Source: Candidatus Poseidoniales archaeon (GTDB taxonomy: Archaea; Thermoplasmatota; Poseidoniia; Poseidoniales; Poseidoniaceae). From it: DNA of 64,000 nt. Made by a program: the position numbers and the translations under genes. Positions 19,390-29,752 of the stretch are shown in pieces; within the stretch, counting starts at the first letter, position 1; every line of letters begins with the position of its first letter. The notes beneath the pieces are model-generated. The model was not told where the DNA came from and did no database searches. It worked only from the letters and a program-made list of their open reading frames with translations. Where the stretch lies: assembly GCA_003602475.1 (NCBI GenBank), contig QQSC01000010.1, positions 20,374 to 84,373 on the forward strand. Direction: 5' to 3'.

Positions 19390-22300
19390 ATGTATCTGAA
19401 CTCGCTTGAAGTTGAGAATTTCAAATCCTTCCGTGGAGAGGTGACCATCCCGTTCGGCCGGGGGTTCACCGCCATCACAGGGCCAAACGGCTCAGGAAAA
19501 TCCAACTGTGGTGACGCCATTCAATTTGTCTTGGGGCCAAAGTCCAACCAGGTGATCCGCGCAAAAAATTCGGCAGACCTCATTTTCAATGGAGGGAAAA
19601 ATGCCAAACCTGCTCGTTCTTGCAGCGTGACGCTCGTGTTTGCTAACCCTGTCATGGCCAGCGGCCGCCGGCGCCTTCCCATCGACAAAGATGAGGTGAG
19701 AATGTCTCGCCATATTCGTCTCACCTCATCCAACAACCCGGTCAACACCTACCAACTTGACGGTGACGACAGTTCACAAAAGGCGTTTCATCGCCTCCTT
19801 GGAGCAGCCAATGCACGCCCCGACGGGTACAACATCGTTCTTCAGGGCGACGTGACGAGTCTGGCGAAAATGACGGCGAAGGAGCGCAGGAAGGTGCTCG
19901 ACAACGTCGCTGGCGTCACCTCGTACGATGATGAAATTCGCAAGGCTAACAAGCAGAAGGAGCACGTTGAAGGCTACATTGAACGAATCGGCCTGTTGGA
20001 GCACGAACAGAAAGATCGCCTCAAAACCCTCAACGCTGAAAAAAAGGTGGCGGAAAAGGCTCGGGACATCACCGATCAGATTCAAATCTCAAACACTCGA
20101 TTGCTTCAATCCCGATATTCAAGCATCAAGAATGAATTGCAATTCCACACCGATGAGCGTCAGAAATACATTCAAACCAGCAACGAGTTGATCGACCAGC
20201 ATCGCCAAGATCAGAAAACATTGCTCGACCTCGACGACAAGATCGCCGACCTTCAACGAGAGATCGACAGACTCACCGGTGGTGAAACTTCAGAACTTGG
20301 CAGGGCTATTCGTGAGTTGCAGGTGAACCTTGAGCTCAATGCGGATCGAATCGCCGACGCAGAACAAGAGGGTGAAGACGATGAAGGTCAAATGAGGGTT
20401 CTGGGCGTGCAACACGCCGAGGCTGGAAACGAACTCAACCAGCATGTTGACGCGTTGTCCAAGGCCAAAGCCACGCTCGAGCAGGCGTTGAATGCCCTTG
20501 AGCAGGCTCAAGTTGAAGAGAAGGAAATTCGGGAACAACTCGACAACGCTGGAGAACAAAATCAAGCGCTGTCCGATGCCTTGAACGCTGCCGAAGCCAC
20601 CGTCTCAGAATGCCAGCAGGCCGTGGCGACCGAACAGGGCGCAGTGGACAGGTTGGCCATTGAGGCAGAACTGTTGAGTCAACAATTGGCTGAGGCCCAA
20701 GAGGCTGCAGAAGAACTCCGATTGAATTTGGGAGATTTGGATGCCCGTGAAGAAGGTCTCTTGGAAAACGCTCCGAAACACGACCGGACAACGTTGGCAG
20801 CAGCTCTTTTGGAGGCGCAGCGAACCGAATCCCAACTTTCTGGAGACCGCACCCAAGTCGAAACCAAACTCCAGAATGCTAAACGGGCATTGGCTGCCGC
20901 ACAAACCGAAATGGAGCAACGCTCTGGAGCGAAGGGCCTGGCAGGTGGTGCGAGTGCGGTGATTGGCGCCCGAGACCGTGGCGAGTTGGAGGGCATCATC
21001 GGGACCATTGCAGAATTGTGCGCTCCCAAAGACGACGATCACGAATTGGCACTTTCCACATCCATCGGAGGAGGCATGGCTTCGGTTGTGGTTGAGTCCG
21101 ATGAAGTTGCAGCACGAGCGATCCGCTGGTTGGCTGAAAACAAAGCGGGTCGAGCCACGTTCCTCCCGTTGAACCGTCTCAACAACACCCGTGCTGGGGG
21201 TCGGGCTGTCATGACTGCGAAAAAGGACGGCGTGCTTGGCTTTGCCCACGAAATGTTGGATTACGATCCTCGAATCGATGTCGCCGTTCGGTTTGTTCTG
21301 CGCAACACCTTGATCGTTCGTGACATGTCCACAGCACGCAGACACATGGGCGGAGTTCGCTTGGTGACGTTGCGAGGCGATGTGACGGAGGCGGGCGGTG
21401 CCATGATCGGGGGCTCACGCCGACGAACAACTGTCTCCTTTGGAGGCCGGATTCAGGGGGCTTCAGAGGTTGAGAAGCAAACCGCCCTTGTGGAAAGGTA
21501 TCAATTGATGGCGGACACCGTGGCGGCTGCTCTGACAGAATCACGCCGCTCGCAACAGCAATTGCGAGCAGACATCAACGCCATGGTGGACGATACACAT
21601 GCTGTTGCTCTTCGGGAACTGAAAGCCGAAAAGAAACAAACCACCTCTCTGCACAAAAAGGCTGAACAACAAACGCAAGCCCTCGAAGGAAAACTTGAGA
21701 TTCTCCACCGAGACGCTCGCCAAGCCTTGGACGCTTTGTCCCGGGCACAAACGGTTCTTGGTGAAGCGGTCTCACGCATGGAGGCTGCGAAAGGCGCCTT
21801 GGAGGACGCCAGCCCTCAACACCTCAAGGAACGGATGCACAACGCCAACATCCTTCGCGTCACCGCTGAAGGAGACATGGGTCGTGCACAGGAAATCCTT
21901 GCAAGCGGAGCGACACATGAAGCCTTGCTCAATCGCCGTCTCAACGAACTCGCCTCGTCACTTACGCACCTCAAGGCTCAGAAGGTGGCTCGCTCAGAGC
22001 GCATTGATGCTCTTCATGCCCAGTTGGCAAGCGACCGCATCGCTCTGAAAGAGAAGAAAGCTGAACAAGCCGTTTATCTCGAAGAGAACAAAGGACTTGA
22101 GCAAGAGCGTCAAGAGTTCGCCGATGAACGCACAGCTCTCCGAATTACGAACGAAAACCGACTCAATGAAGCTCAAAATCACCGACGACTGGCCGATGAA
22201 CTTCAACGTACGATTACAGACAAGGAGGTTGAGTTGCATCAGATGTCACAGGAACTCATTGAAGCCAACCTTTCGCTCACCGACATACCCGGCGATTTGG

Positions 22301-23283
22301 GGAATGTTGGTGAACTTGAACGCAAGCTTCGCAGGTTACAGCGCAAGTTGGAGGAATTTGGTCACGTTAACATGATGGCCATTGAACAGTACGATGAATG
22401 CCTCGCTCGATTGGATTTGATGAAGGATGAATTTTCCATGCTCAAGCAGCGCCGTCAAGATTTGATCGACGTCACAGGACGGCTGGAAGAGCAACGGAAA
22501 ACACGACTGATTGGCGTTTTGGAGAAGGTCAATGCCAATTTTCAAACCGCCTACAAAGAACTCTCCGACGGAGGTCGAGGCGAATTGTTCCTTGAGCACC
22601 CAGATGAACCGTTCAAGGGCGGTCTTGAATTGTGGGCTCAGCCTCGTGGAAAATCATCCAAGGTGAATCGACAGCAACTATCTGGTGGTGAGCAATCCAT
22701 GGCGGCTTTGGCGCTGATTTTTGCCATTCAAGATTACGACCCCAGTCCGTTCTATTACTTTGATGAGGTTGATCAAAACCTTGACGCCTACAACGCAGAA
22801 CGCATTGCGAAAATGTGTCGTAAGCGAAGTCAGCGAGCTCAATTCATCATGGTGACCTTGCGAAAGGTTTCACTCAAGCTCGCTGATCACCACATTGGCA
22901 TCACTCACGGTGGCGACGGTTGCAGCCGCCGCATCATGGATTTCGACAGAGAACGGGCCATGGCCCTTGGAGCAGCCGCTCTTAAGGAGGCTGAACAAGA
23001 TGCGAAGACGAACGAATCACGCATCATGGACGCTCATGCAGCAACGCAAGACATGCCAACGGTACCTGACCCACTCGAAGCCCCAAAGAGCTTGGGCGGC
23101 CTGTTGCCGCACCTCTCCGGGGTACAACAGAGCGAAGCCCTAGCAGGCTTGGTTGACCGGACTGCAGAAACCAACGAGGACATCGAAGAACGAGCCGATA
23201 TCGCTGCTAAAATTGCAGCCACGGACCTGGCGCCTAAGGCGGGCGAAACGGTGGGGGAAACGGAGGACGAGACACACGTCTGA
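19390..23283 (+). CDS. smc: Chromosome segregation protein SMC
   Basis: GPNGSGKSN, hinge GRATFLPL, LSGGEQ, FDEVD. Confidence 0.97.
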   Translation: MYLNSLEVENFKSFRGEVTIPFGRGFTAITGPNGSGKSNCGDAIQFVLGPKSNQVIRAKNSADLIFNGGKNAKPARSCSVTLVFANPVMASGRRRLPIDKDEVRMSRHIRLTSSNNPVNTYQLDGDDSSQKAFHRLLGAANARPDGYNIVLQGDVTSLAKMTAKERRKVLDNVAGVTSYDDEIRKANKQKEHVEGYIERIGLLEHEQKDRLKTLNAEKKVAEKARDITDQIQISNTRLLQSRYSSIKNELQFHTDERQKYIQTSNELIDQHRQDQKTLLDLDDKIADLQREIDRLTGGETSELGRAIRELQVNLELNADRIADAEQEGEDDEGQMRVLGVQHAEAGNELNQHVDALSKAKATLEQALNALEQAQVEEKEIREQLDNAGEQNQALSDALNAAEATVSECQQAVATEQGAVDRLAIEAELLSQQLAEAQEAAEELRLNLGDLDAREEGLLENAPKHDRTTLAAALLEAQRTESQLSGDRTQVETKLQNAKRALAAAQTEMEQRSGAKGLAGGASAVIGARDRGELEGIIGTIAELCAPKDDDHELALSTSIGGGMASVVVESDEVAARAIRWLAENKAGRATFLPLNRLNNTRAGGRAVMTAKKDGVLGFAHEMLDYDPRIDVAVRFVLRNTLIVRDMSTARRHMGGVRLVTLRGDVTEAGGAMIGGSRRRTTVSFGGRIQGASEVEKQTALVERYQLMADTVAAALTESRRSQQQLRADINAMVDDTHAVALRELKAEKKQTTSLHKKAEQQTQALEGKLEILHRDARQALDALSRAQTVLGEAVSRMEAAKGALEDASPQHLKERMHNANILRVTAEGDMGRAQEILASGATHEALLNRRLNELASSLTHLKAQKVARSERIDALHAQLASDRIALKEKKAEQAVYLEENKGLEQERQEFADERTALRITNENRLNEAQNHRRLADELQRTITDKEVELHQMSQELIEANLSLTDIPGDLGNVGELERKLRRLQRKLEEFGHVNMMAIEQYDECLARLDLMKDEFSMLKQRRQDLIDVTGRLEEQRKTRLIGVLEKVNANFQTAYKELSDGGRGELFLEHPDEPFKGGLELWAQPRGKSSKVNRQQLSGGEQSMAALALIFAIQDYDPSPFYYFDEVDQNLDAYNAERIAKMCRKRSQRAQFIMVTLRKVSLKLADHHIGITHGGDGCSRRIMDFDRERAMALGAAALKEAEQDAKTNESRIMDAHAATQDMPTVPDPLEAPKSLGGLLPHLSGVQQSEALAGLVDRTAETNEDIEERADIAAKIAATDLAPKAGETVGETEDETHV

Positions 23284-23292
23284 GGTGGCCTT

Positions 23293-24543
23293 ATGGTTGA
23301 ACGTCAAGGCATGCTTGATCAGTGGTTCCTCAAGCAGGACATCATCGATCGTTTGTTGGCTTCGGGTGAGGACCGTGAGGAGGCCGACATCTTTGGCCAG
23401 CGCATCATGGCCATTGCCGTGGCTGAGGAAGCTGAGCATCAAAGCCTCCATGACCCGTTTGACCGCTCGGTCGCCCTCGTGCTCTCCTTGGTCAAGGAGG
23501 AAGCATTTGACCCGTGGAATGTGGATTTGGCCCAGTTTATTGCGGCCTTTTCTGCGAGGGTGAAGTTGGGCGATGGGCTGGACCTTCCTGCGTGTGGACG
23601 CTTGATACGCTTGGCTTGGGAAGTGCTCCATCATCAATCTGCAACTCTGTTTGACCGGGTTCAGTTGGCCGAAGAAGAGGATGAATGGGACGAAGGAATG
23701 AACTTCGGGTGGGAGACGGAATTTGATGATGATGAGTACCTCTTCACCCAATCCATTCTCAACGGTTCCGCAGATTCTGCTCTCCCCGGCCTGTTTGACG
23801 AGCGGGTTCGGCGTCAAGAAGGACGCCCTGTGACGCTCGGAGAATTGCTTTCTGCGTTCAAACAAGCCGCTGATGATGCGGACGAAATGAAACGGCGAGA
23901 CCATCATCGTCGTCTGCATGAAAAAGAGTTGAAGGCCTACCTTGCGGATGTGGGTGGGCGGATGCACAACGAAGACCTTGAAGGCGACATTGAGCGGAGT
24001 TGGCAGGCGATGAAATCGGCATGCCAGGAAGCCAACTCGGAAACCGTTTCCCTGCACTTGGTCATTGAACACATGCAGCCCTTGCTGGAGGAACGCTTCG
24101 GTCAACAGGTCATGGACGTTGAGAACGAAGCGTTCGTTTCCTCGTTCATCGCCGGTCTATTCCTCACCCACCGCGGCATGGCGAGCATCACTCAAGAGGG
24201 CGATACGCTGGAATCGGTGCAGATTAAGGATCTCTGGCCGCAAGTAACTGAGTTCTCACATGTTCTTGAATCTGCTGAAATGGCCATGGCCGAAGATGCA
24301 AATTTGTTGGAAGGCGAATCCACAGGTTCTGTTCACCGTCTTGAAGCCATGGCAGAACGTGCCAAAAAGGCTGATGCGAAGGAACATCGGCGTTTGGCCC
24401 GTCTCGGGCAACAAACGGCCAACCACACTGAACAGTCGGACGAACAAACCCCCGAGGCTTCCAAGCCATCAGAAGCCATTGACGGGGAAGGGGAGGCGAC
24501 TTGGCCAGTCGCTTTGGAACAACACGAATGGCTCGTGGAGTGA
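23293..24543 (+). CDS. scpA: Kleisin ScpA with extensions
   Basis: DPWNVDL, RPVTLGELL, FIAGLFL; lies between smc and scpB. Confidence 0.88.
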   Translation: MVERQGMLDQWFLKQDIIDRLLASGEDREEADIFGQRIMAIAVAEEAEHQSLHDPFDRSVALVLSLVKEEAFDPWNVDLAQFIAAFSARVKLGDGLDLPACGRLIRLAWEVLHHQSATLFDRVQLAEEEDEWDEGMNFGWETEFDDDEYLFTQSILNGSADSALPGLFDERVRRQEGRPVTLGELLSAFKQAADDADEMKRRDHHRRLHEKELKAYLADVGGRMHNEDLEGDIERSWQAMKSACQEANSETVSLHLVIEHMQPLLEERFGQQVMDVENEAFVSSFIAGLFLTHRGMASITQEGDTLESVQIKDLWPQVTEFSHVLESAEMAMAEDANLLEGESTGSVHRLEAMAERAKKADAKEHRRLARLGQQTANHTEQSDEQTPEASKPSEAIDGEGEATWPVALEQHEWLVE

Positions 24544-24552
24544 GGTGGGACG

Positions 24553-25164
24553 ATGACTGAACTTCCAATTGAAACCCTCATCGAAGCGACGTTGTTCAGT
24601 TCCGGTAAATCCATGTCAGTAACCGAGCTTTCTGACGCCTTGGGATACGATGAAGACGAGATGTTGGATTGTCTGTACTCTCTACAGGCCACCTTGAGGC
24701 GTCGTCGTGGAACAGCACTGCAGATGGCAGAGGTGGGATCGCGTTGGGCGTTGGAGGTCAAACCGAACATTGCCGAACACCTCCCGAAAGCCACCAAAAC
24801 CGACTTCCCTCCGAAACTCCTGAAGGCGGCTGCTCTGATTGCTTACCATCAACCGATGTCGCAATCTCGGCTTGTCGAGATGTTGGGTCAGAAAGCCTAC
24901 GATTACGTTCGTGAATTGGCCCAGCTCGGGATGGTGGACCGGCGAAAAGACGGCAACACCCGTCGGTTGACCACCACGCGTCGTTTTGCTGAATCGTTCG
25001 GTTGCCCTTACACGGACAGAAAGAAGGTCAAGGCTTGGTGGAGAGAACGCGTGCAGGAGGTGGGCATCATCGAAGAATTGGGTGCAGGGCACGATGTGCT
25101 TCGGGAAGAATCTGAGGTTGAAGGAACAGTCCAGTCCAATTTGCCTCTCGAAGGTGAAGACTGA
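24553..25164 (+). CDS. scpB: ScpB
   Basis: IEATLF, ALIAYHQP, TTRRFAESFG. Confidence 0.93.
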   Translation: MTELPIETLIEATLFSSGKSMSVTELSDALGYDEDEMLDCLYSLQATLRRRRGTALQMAEVGSRWALEVKPNIAEHLPKATKTDFPPKLLKAAALIAYHQPMSQSRLVEMLGQKAYDYVRELAQLGMVDRRKDGNTRRLTTTRRFAESFGCPYTDRKKVKAWWRERVQEVGIIEELGAGHDVLREESEVEGTVQSNLPLEGED

Positions 25165-25167
25165 GGA

Positions 25168-26472
25168 TCAATTTCCTCGCATCTCGTGTAACCACTGTTC
25201 AGTAAGCGTTTGGGTCCTCGAACCTTCGTGTGCTTGCAAGCGGGCAGCAAGTTGTTCGATTTCATCTCCAACTGCGCCAGCCGACACGGCCATGTTCTTT
25301 GCGTGGAGTTTCATGTGGCCTGCTTGGATGCCTTTTGTTGAGAGCGCTCTCAAGGCGCCGAGGTTTTGGGCAAGGCCGGCACAGGCCATGATTCCAGCCA
25401 ATTCTTGCGCTGAGTTAACGCCCAATATGGCCAGGTTCGCCTGCGCAGCGGGGTGCACTTTGGAAGCACCGCCAACAATGCCGACGGCCAGTGGAAGTTC
25501 CATCCGACCGACCAAATGGCCCTCATCGTTTGTTGTCCACGATGACATTGAGGTGTAGCGCCCTTCATTGAGCGCTGCCCAAGCGTGACAACCTGCTTCA
25601 ATGGCCCTCCAATCCTGTCCACAAGCCACACCTACGCTGCTGATGGCGTTCATGATGCCTTTGTTGTGCGTGGCGGCCCTGTACGGGTCCTGCTCTGCAA
25701 AGGCTTGAGCCTCAAGGATGCCGTTGATGACCGTCACGCCGTCCTCATGCGTTCCCTCGGTTGACAGTTCTTCTGGAGTGAAAGTGGCGCTAACTCTGGC
25801 CAAACGATGGGCGGCGAGATTTGACAGGATTCGAAGGTGAGCACGGCCGCTGGTGATCGCCTCCAGGCGAGGTGCCAACCGTTCGGCCATCGTGTTGACG
25901 GCGTTTGCTCCCATGGCGTCTCTGCAATCCACAAGAATGTGGACGATCAACATCGAACCCATCGGTGTGGGTAATTCTCTGCACACAATGTCCTTGCATC
26001 CGCCCCCTAAGGCAATCATTCGGGAGGGTATGTCGTTGCAAAAGGCCATCAGTGCCTCCTTTTCATTCATGATGGCGTCCGTTGCAGCATCGATGTTGCT
26101 CACGTCCAACAACTGAATTTGAGCGATCATAATTGGTTCATCGTTGTTGGTGGTAAATCCACCGTGCTTCAAACAACGCTTGGCCATGTTCGATGCAGCG
26201 GCCACCACGCTTGATTCTTCAAGACAGAACGGTATGAGGTGGTGTTGGCCGTCAATCACAAAGTTGGTGGCGACACCAACAGGGAGTGACATGGTCCCGA
26301 TGACGTTCTCAATCATTCGGTCAGCAGCCGATTCGTCAAGTTCTCCGTGGCTGGCTAAGGCCTGCACCTGTTCCTTGGTGAGGCCAGCAGCCTGGGCCAC
26401 CTGGATTCTGCGTTCTTCAACGCTCATCTTGTAGAATCCCTTGAGCCGACTGTTCTCAACAGGCATGTCCAT
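25168..26472 (-). CDS. mvaA: Class II (bacterial-type) HMG-CoA reductase
   Basis: ENVIG, EESSVVAAAS, DAMGAN, ATHNKG, GIQAGHMKLH; start 26466 or 26472. Confidence 0.93.
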   Translation of the reverse strand: MDMPVENSRLKGFYKMSVEERRIQVAQAAGLTKEQVQALASHGELDESAADRMIENVIGTMSLPVGVATNFVIDGQHHLIPFCLEESSVVAAASNMAKRCLKHGGFTTNNDEPIMIAQIQLLDVSNIDAATDAIMNEKEALMAFCNDIPSRMIALGGGCKDIVCRELPTPMGSMLIVHILVDCRDAMGANAVNTMAERLAPRLEAITSGRAHLRILSNLAAHRLARVSATFTPEELSTEGTHEDGVTVINGILEAQAFAEQDPYRAATHNKGIMNAISSVGVACGQDWRAIEAGCHAWAALNEGRYTSMSSWTTNDEGHLVGRMELPLAVGIVGGASKVHPAAQANLAILGVNSAQELAGIMACAGLAQNLGALRALSTKGIQAGHMKLHAKNMAVSAGAVGDEIEQLAARLQAHEGSRTQTLTEQWLHEMRGN

Positions 26473-26526
26473 CCCCGTTGAAGGCAGGGCCATGATGTCC
26501 TTGAACGCATCGCCCAATCGGAAATG

Positions 26527-26630
26527 GTTTAACGCGTTAACGCCAAAAATAACGCGTTAAATTGGCGTTAGTTTTGCGTTAAACTGGACTGAATCTCCAT
26601 GTTCGTCCTACGATTAACACCAACTAACGC
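26527..26630. repeat. Nested palindromic TAACGC/GCGTTA array in divergent intergenic region
   Basis: TAACGC at 26530, 26538, 26550, 26625; GCGTTA at 26534, 26554, 26565, 26576; TTAACGCGTTAA palindrome at 26529-26540. Confidence 0.85.
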
Positions 26631-26690
26631 ATCGTTCAAGGCCTTTGGTCCACCGAAACATCATATACTCTCCAAGAAGGCATTAGGCTC

Positions 26691-28703
26691 ATGCAAGCCA
26701 TGCCGACATTTGGGCTTCCAAAATTGGATCTCAACCCCTTTTCGACGATGCCGCTTGAGGCTGGCGAGGAACGCCAATTGATTGGGCGAGATCATGAGTT
26801 CCTCCAATTGAAAAATTTCCTCCAATACCGCTCAACCCGCCGTTTGATGTTGGTGGGCCCCCTTGGTTCAGGAAGAACCTCGATGTTGCGTTGTCTGCAG
26901 CCCTATGCAGCCAGCTATGCTACTGTTGAACATCTCCCGGCTCATTCCCCCGGTGAATCGTTATTGGCGGCCCTTCACGTGCAACTAATTGGCAGTCAAC
27001 CGCCTCACCACTGGTCGGAAATGGTCAGGGTTTTGGTCAACGAGTGTGCGACGACATCACGAAGCCTTCCCCTGGTTGTGATTGATGTCCCGGCAAGCGA
27101 CACTTCGGTGCTGAGTGTGGCACTGCGTGACACCCTTTCGGTGCTTGAACGGTTGAACGCTCTGGTCGTCATCGTGTGCGATCACAACGAGCGCCGTCAA
27201 CTGCCCTCTACCGTAACGGGGATGTTTGAGCAGATGGAGCTGCAACCGTTGGGCGTGGAGCAAGTGCTCGAACTGGTTCATCATCGTATGTCCACCTTGA
27301 ATCAGAGCGCTCCAGATTTCAATGAGCAACAAGCCCAGTCCCTCTTGGACGGTTGCGATGGATACCCTCTTTCCGTGGTCACGGCTTTACGAAACGCCGT
27401 GGATTCCATCCGAATGGGCTCACAGCCCCCCAGCAGCAAGTTCAGCACCGGTGTTCCTGCGAAGCCCATGCCTCGGGATGAACCGTATGCCCTTGGGGTC
27501 CTTAGCGGCTCCTCAGCACCTCCAGAGCCTTCTTTTGGCCCGTTGCCCACAGAAGGTGAACATCTTGAAACGGCCCCTGTAGAAACGGCCCCCACGCCAT
27601 CCTCGGAACAAGGAGCAGCCAAGGAAGCCGTTGAGGGTCAACATCCCTCGGTCCCATTGGATTCGTTTGGATGGAACATGGCCCCAGAAGGTGAGGCGTC
27701 GACACCATCGAATCGTGAATTGCAGGAGCCCGCTCTCGGACAGGTTGATGACCTCCCAGCCTCCTTGTTGGATCCACTTGACCCTGAGATACTGGATGCC
27801 TCAACCCCATGGGACCAGCGAACCCCCTCCCCTCCTTCAGTCAACGCACCTCAAGACAACGGGTTTGAATTGGATTTTGGCCATTTGAACAAGCAGCAAG
27901 CCCAAGATGAACCCCTGCTCCCATTACCAACCACCGTCTCGACACCTTTTGTCCACGAACCGCGTTCGTTTCCTCCGTTGCCTAAGGGGATGTTCGGAGG
28001 GCTTGCCCGTAGGAACAGGGAAGATACGCCGGACGAATTGTCACGTCACACGGGCGGCGAATGGGAAAACGAGGGACTGGTTAAGGAAGACCAAGACGAC
28101 AACAGCGAATTCTGGATTGCACCGGGGAGCATGTTTGCAGAACCGACTGAACATCACGTTGAACCTATGGCTCTGATGGAGGATGAAGAAGAGTGGACGC
28201 CAAGTTTCCAAGGCAGTCCGTTGGAAAGCCAAGCGATTGAAGACGGCTTTGTGAGAGGTGAAGATGACAGTCAGCCATTCTCGTTGCCTTCTGTGGCCGA
28301 CAACGAAAAAATCGAGGAAGTGCATGCCATGTTGAAAGCCCTCGTCATGAACCTTCATCCAAACGACTCCTCGTCCCTTCTCTCGTTCTTTGAGCAACGT
28401 CAACAGCCTTCAATGGGTGTCAAGGAGACTCATCCGCTCAATCACATCGCCTTGAATGCGCTTAACATGCGAGAAGCCTACGTGATCAAAGAAGCACGAC
28501 AACGGTGGGTGTCCCCCTCCGATGCGACGGTGCTCGAACATCTTGATGTCAAACGGTCACGGCTGTCTCAGATTTGCAACCGTTTGTTCCGTTTGGGCAT
28601 TCTGGATGCCAAACGGGTTGGGAGATACAGGAAGTATAAACTTACCAAGGCGGCTGAGGCTCAATTAACGGCTTGGGGCGCACTTAAGGAGGCGGTGGCA
28701 TGA
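26691..28703 (+). CDS. P-loop (AAA+/STAND-like) ATPase + acidic disordered linker + C-terminal winged HTH
   Basis: NPFS, LIGR, GPLGSGRTS, LVVID, GYP; P/E/D/S-rich middle; LEHLDVKRSRLSQICNRLFRLGIL...VGRYRKYKLT. Confidence 0.75.
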   Translation: MQAMPTFGLPKLDLNPFSTMPLEAGEERQLIGRDHEFLQLKNFLQYRSTRRLMLVGPLGSGRTSMLRCLQPYAASYATVEHLPAHSPGESLLAALHVQLIGSQPPHHWSEMVRVLVNECATTSRSLPLVVIDVPASDTSVLSVALRDTLSVLERLNALVVIVCDHNERRQLPSTVTGMFEQMELQPLGVEQVLELVHHRMSTLNQSAPDFNEQQAQSLLDGCDGYPLSVVTALRNAVDSIRMGSQPPSSKFSTGVPAKPMPRDEPYALGVLSGSSAPPEPSFGPLPTEGEHLETAPVETAPTPSSEQGAAKEAVEGQHPSVPLDSFGWNMAPEGEASTPSNRELQEPALGQVDDLPASLLDPLDPEILDASTPWDQRTPSPPSVNAPQDNGFELDFGHLNKQQAQDEPLLPLPTTVSTPFVHEPRSFPPLPKGMFGGLARRNREDTPDELSRHTGGEWENEGLVKEDQDDNSEFWIAPGSMFAEPTEHHVEPMALMEDEEEWTPSFQGSPLESQAIEDGFVRGEDDSQPFSLPSVADNEKIEEVHAMLKALVMNLHPNDSSSLLSFFEQRQQPSMGVKETHPLNHIALNALNMREAYVIKEARQRWVSPSDATVLEHLDVKRSRLSQICNRLFRLGILDAKRVGRYRKYKLTKAAEAQLTAWGALKEAVA

Positions 28704-29752
28704 GTTGGTCCATTGGATGGTCGTGGCAGGCTCCTGAACGCGTGGCAACGTTGGCTGCCTGTGAAGGTGGAGCGGTTGTGAGTTCTGGGCTCAGCCTCAC
28801 CTTCCTTGAGGCAGACCAATCCATTCGCTGGACGGTGGACTTGCCGTTCAAAGCCCATGCAGCAGCTGCAGTTCCCGGCACGGTGGGTGTTCTAGCAGCC
28901 CATGCATTCTACCTTCTTGGTACCCAAAACGGAGGCTTTGTCCACGAGGGCCGTACCACGCCAGGAGGCTTCCTTGATCTTCTTCCTCGACCAGGTGGAG
29001 GCTGGGTACTCGCTTGCCGGCGAGGTCAATTGCATCTTTTCTCCGCTGAAGGACGCGGTCAACGCAGGATGGAATCAGGACCAGTTCGCCGCTTAGTGGG
29101 ATGGTTTGACCGTGAACACCTCCTTTGGCAGGACATGAACGGGCACTTGTGCTGTGGGCGCTTAACCGGTGAGGACCGAATGCGAAAACTCGACGATCAA
29201 CGATGGAGTTGGGTTTCAGAACTCCACGAAGGGCGGTTGTTGCTTCAGGGTGCTGATGGGGGCTTGTGGGAAGGTATCCCGCACCCGTTTGGCTGGGATC
29301 GTCTTGAACGCATTGAATCCTCGTCCGTCGAACCAATGGCTGCGGTTCGTGCTGGTGACGGTTGGTGGGTGTTGGGTATTGAAGGGCGACTTCAAAACCT
29401 CAGTTCCTTGGACGCAGAAACCTCTGAAACCAGCGAATCTGTTCTTGCTCCGACCTACGGGGATTTGCTTGTTCTGTGCACGCCTGATGCAATGATGACG
29501 TGCACCCGAGACGGGTTGTTGCGACAATGGTCAGCACCCCATTTGCGCAACGCCGAGCGTCAAGGTCGGTACAAAGCTGCAGCAGATGCCGCACTGGCAC
29601 GGGACTGGGATGAACGCCGAGTGATGTTTGTTCGTGCGAGAGACGCAGAAGACATTGGAAAGTTGTCCTTGGCCATCGAGCTCTACGAAGCCTTGGGCCG
29701 CGCCGAGGATGTCAAACGGCTCTTGCGACGGCAAAAGGAGGGTGGAGAATGA
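28700..29752 (+). CDS. Putative beta-propeller protein with helical (TPR-like) tail
   Basis: Recurrent short beta-strand/Trp-Gly units (TRDGLLRQW); tail AIELYEALGR; ATGA overlap with upstream gene. Confidence 0.55.
   Translation: MSWSIGWSWQAPERVATLAACEGGAVVSSGLSLTFLEADQSIRWTVDLPFKAHAAAAVPGTVGVLAAHAFYLLGTQNGGFVHEGRTTPGGFLDLLPRPGGGWVLACRRGQLHLFSAEGRGQRRMESGPVRRLVGWFDREHLLWQDMNGHLCCGRLTGEDRMRKLDDQRWSWVSELHEGRLLLQGADGGLWEGIPHPFGWDRLERIESSSVEPMAAVRAGDGWWVLGIEGRLQNLSSLDAETSETSESVLAPTYGDLLVLCTPDAMMTCTRDGLLRQWSAPHLRNAERQGRYKAAADAALARDWDERRVMFVRARDAEDIGKLSLAIELYEALGRAEDVKRLLRRQKEGGE

Noticed and set aside
26527..26630. Array as CRISPR or canonical oriC
   Set aside because: No repeat-spacer periodicity or cas genes; motif differs from ORB; gene orientation mostly converges on this region rather than diverging
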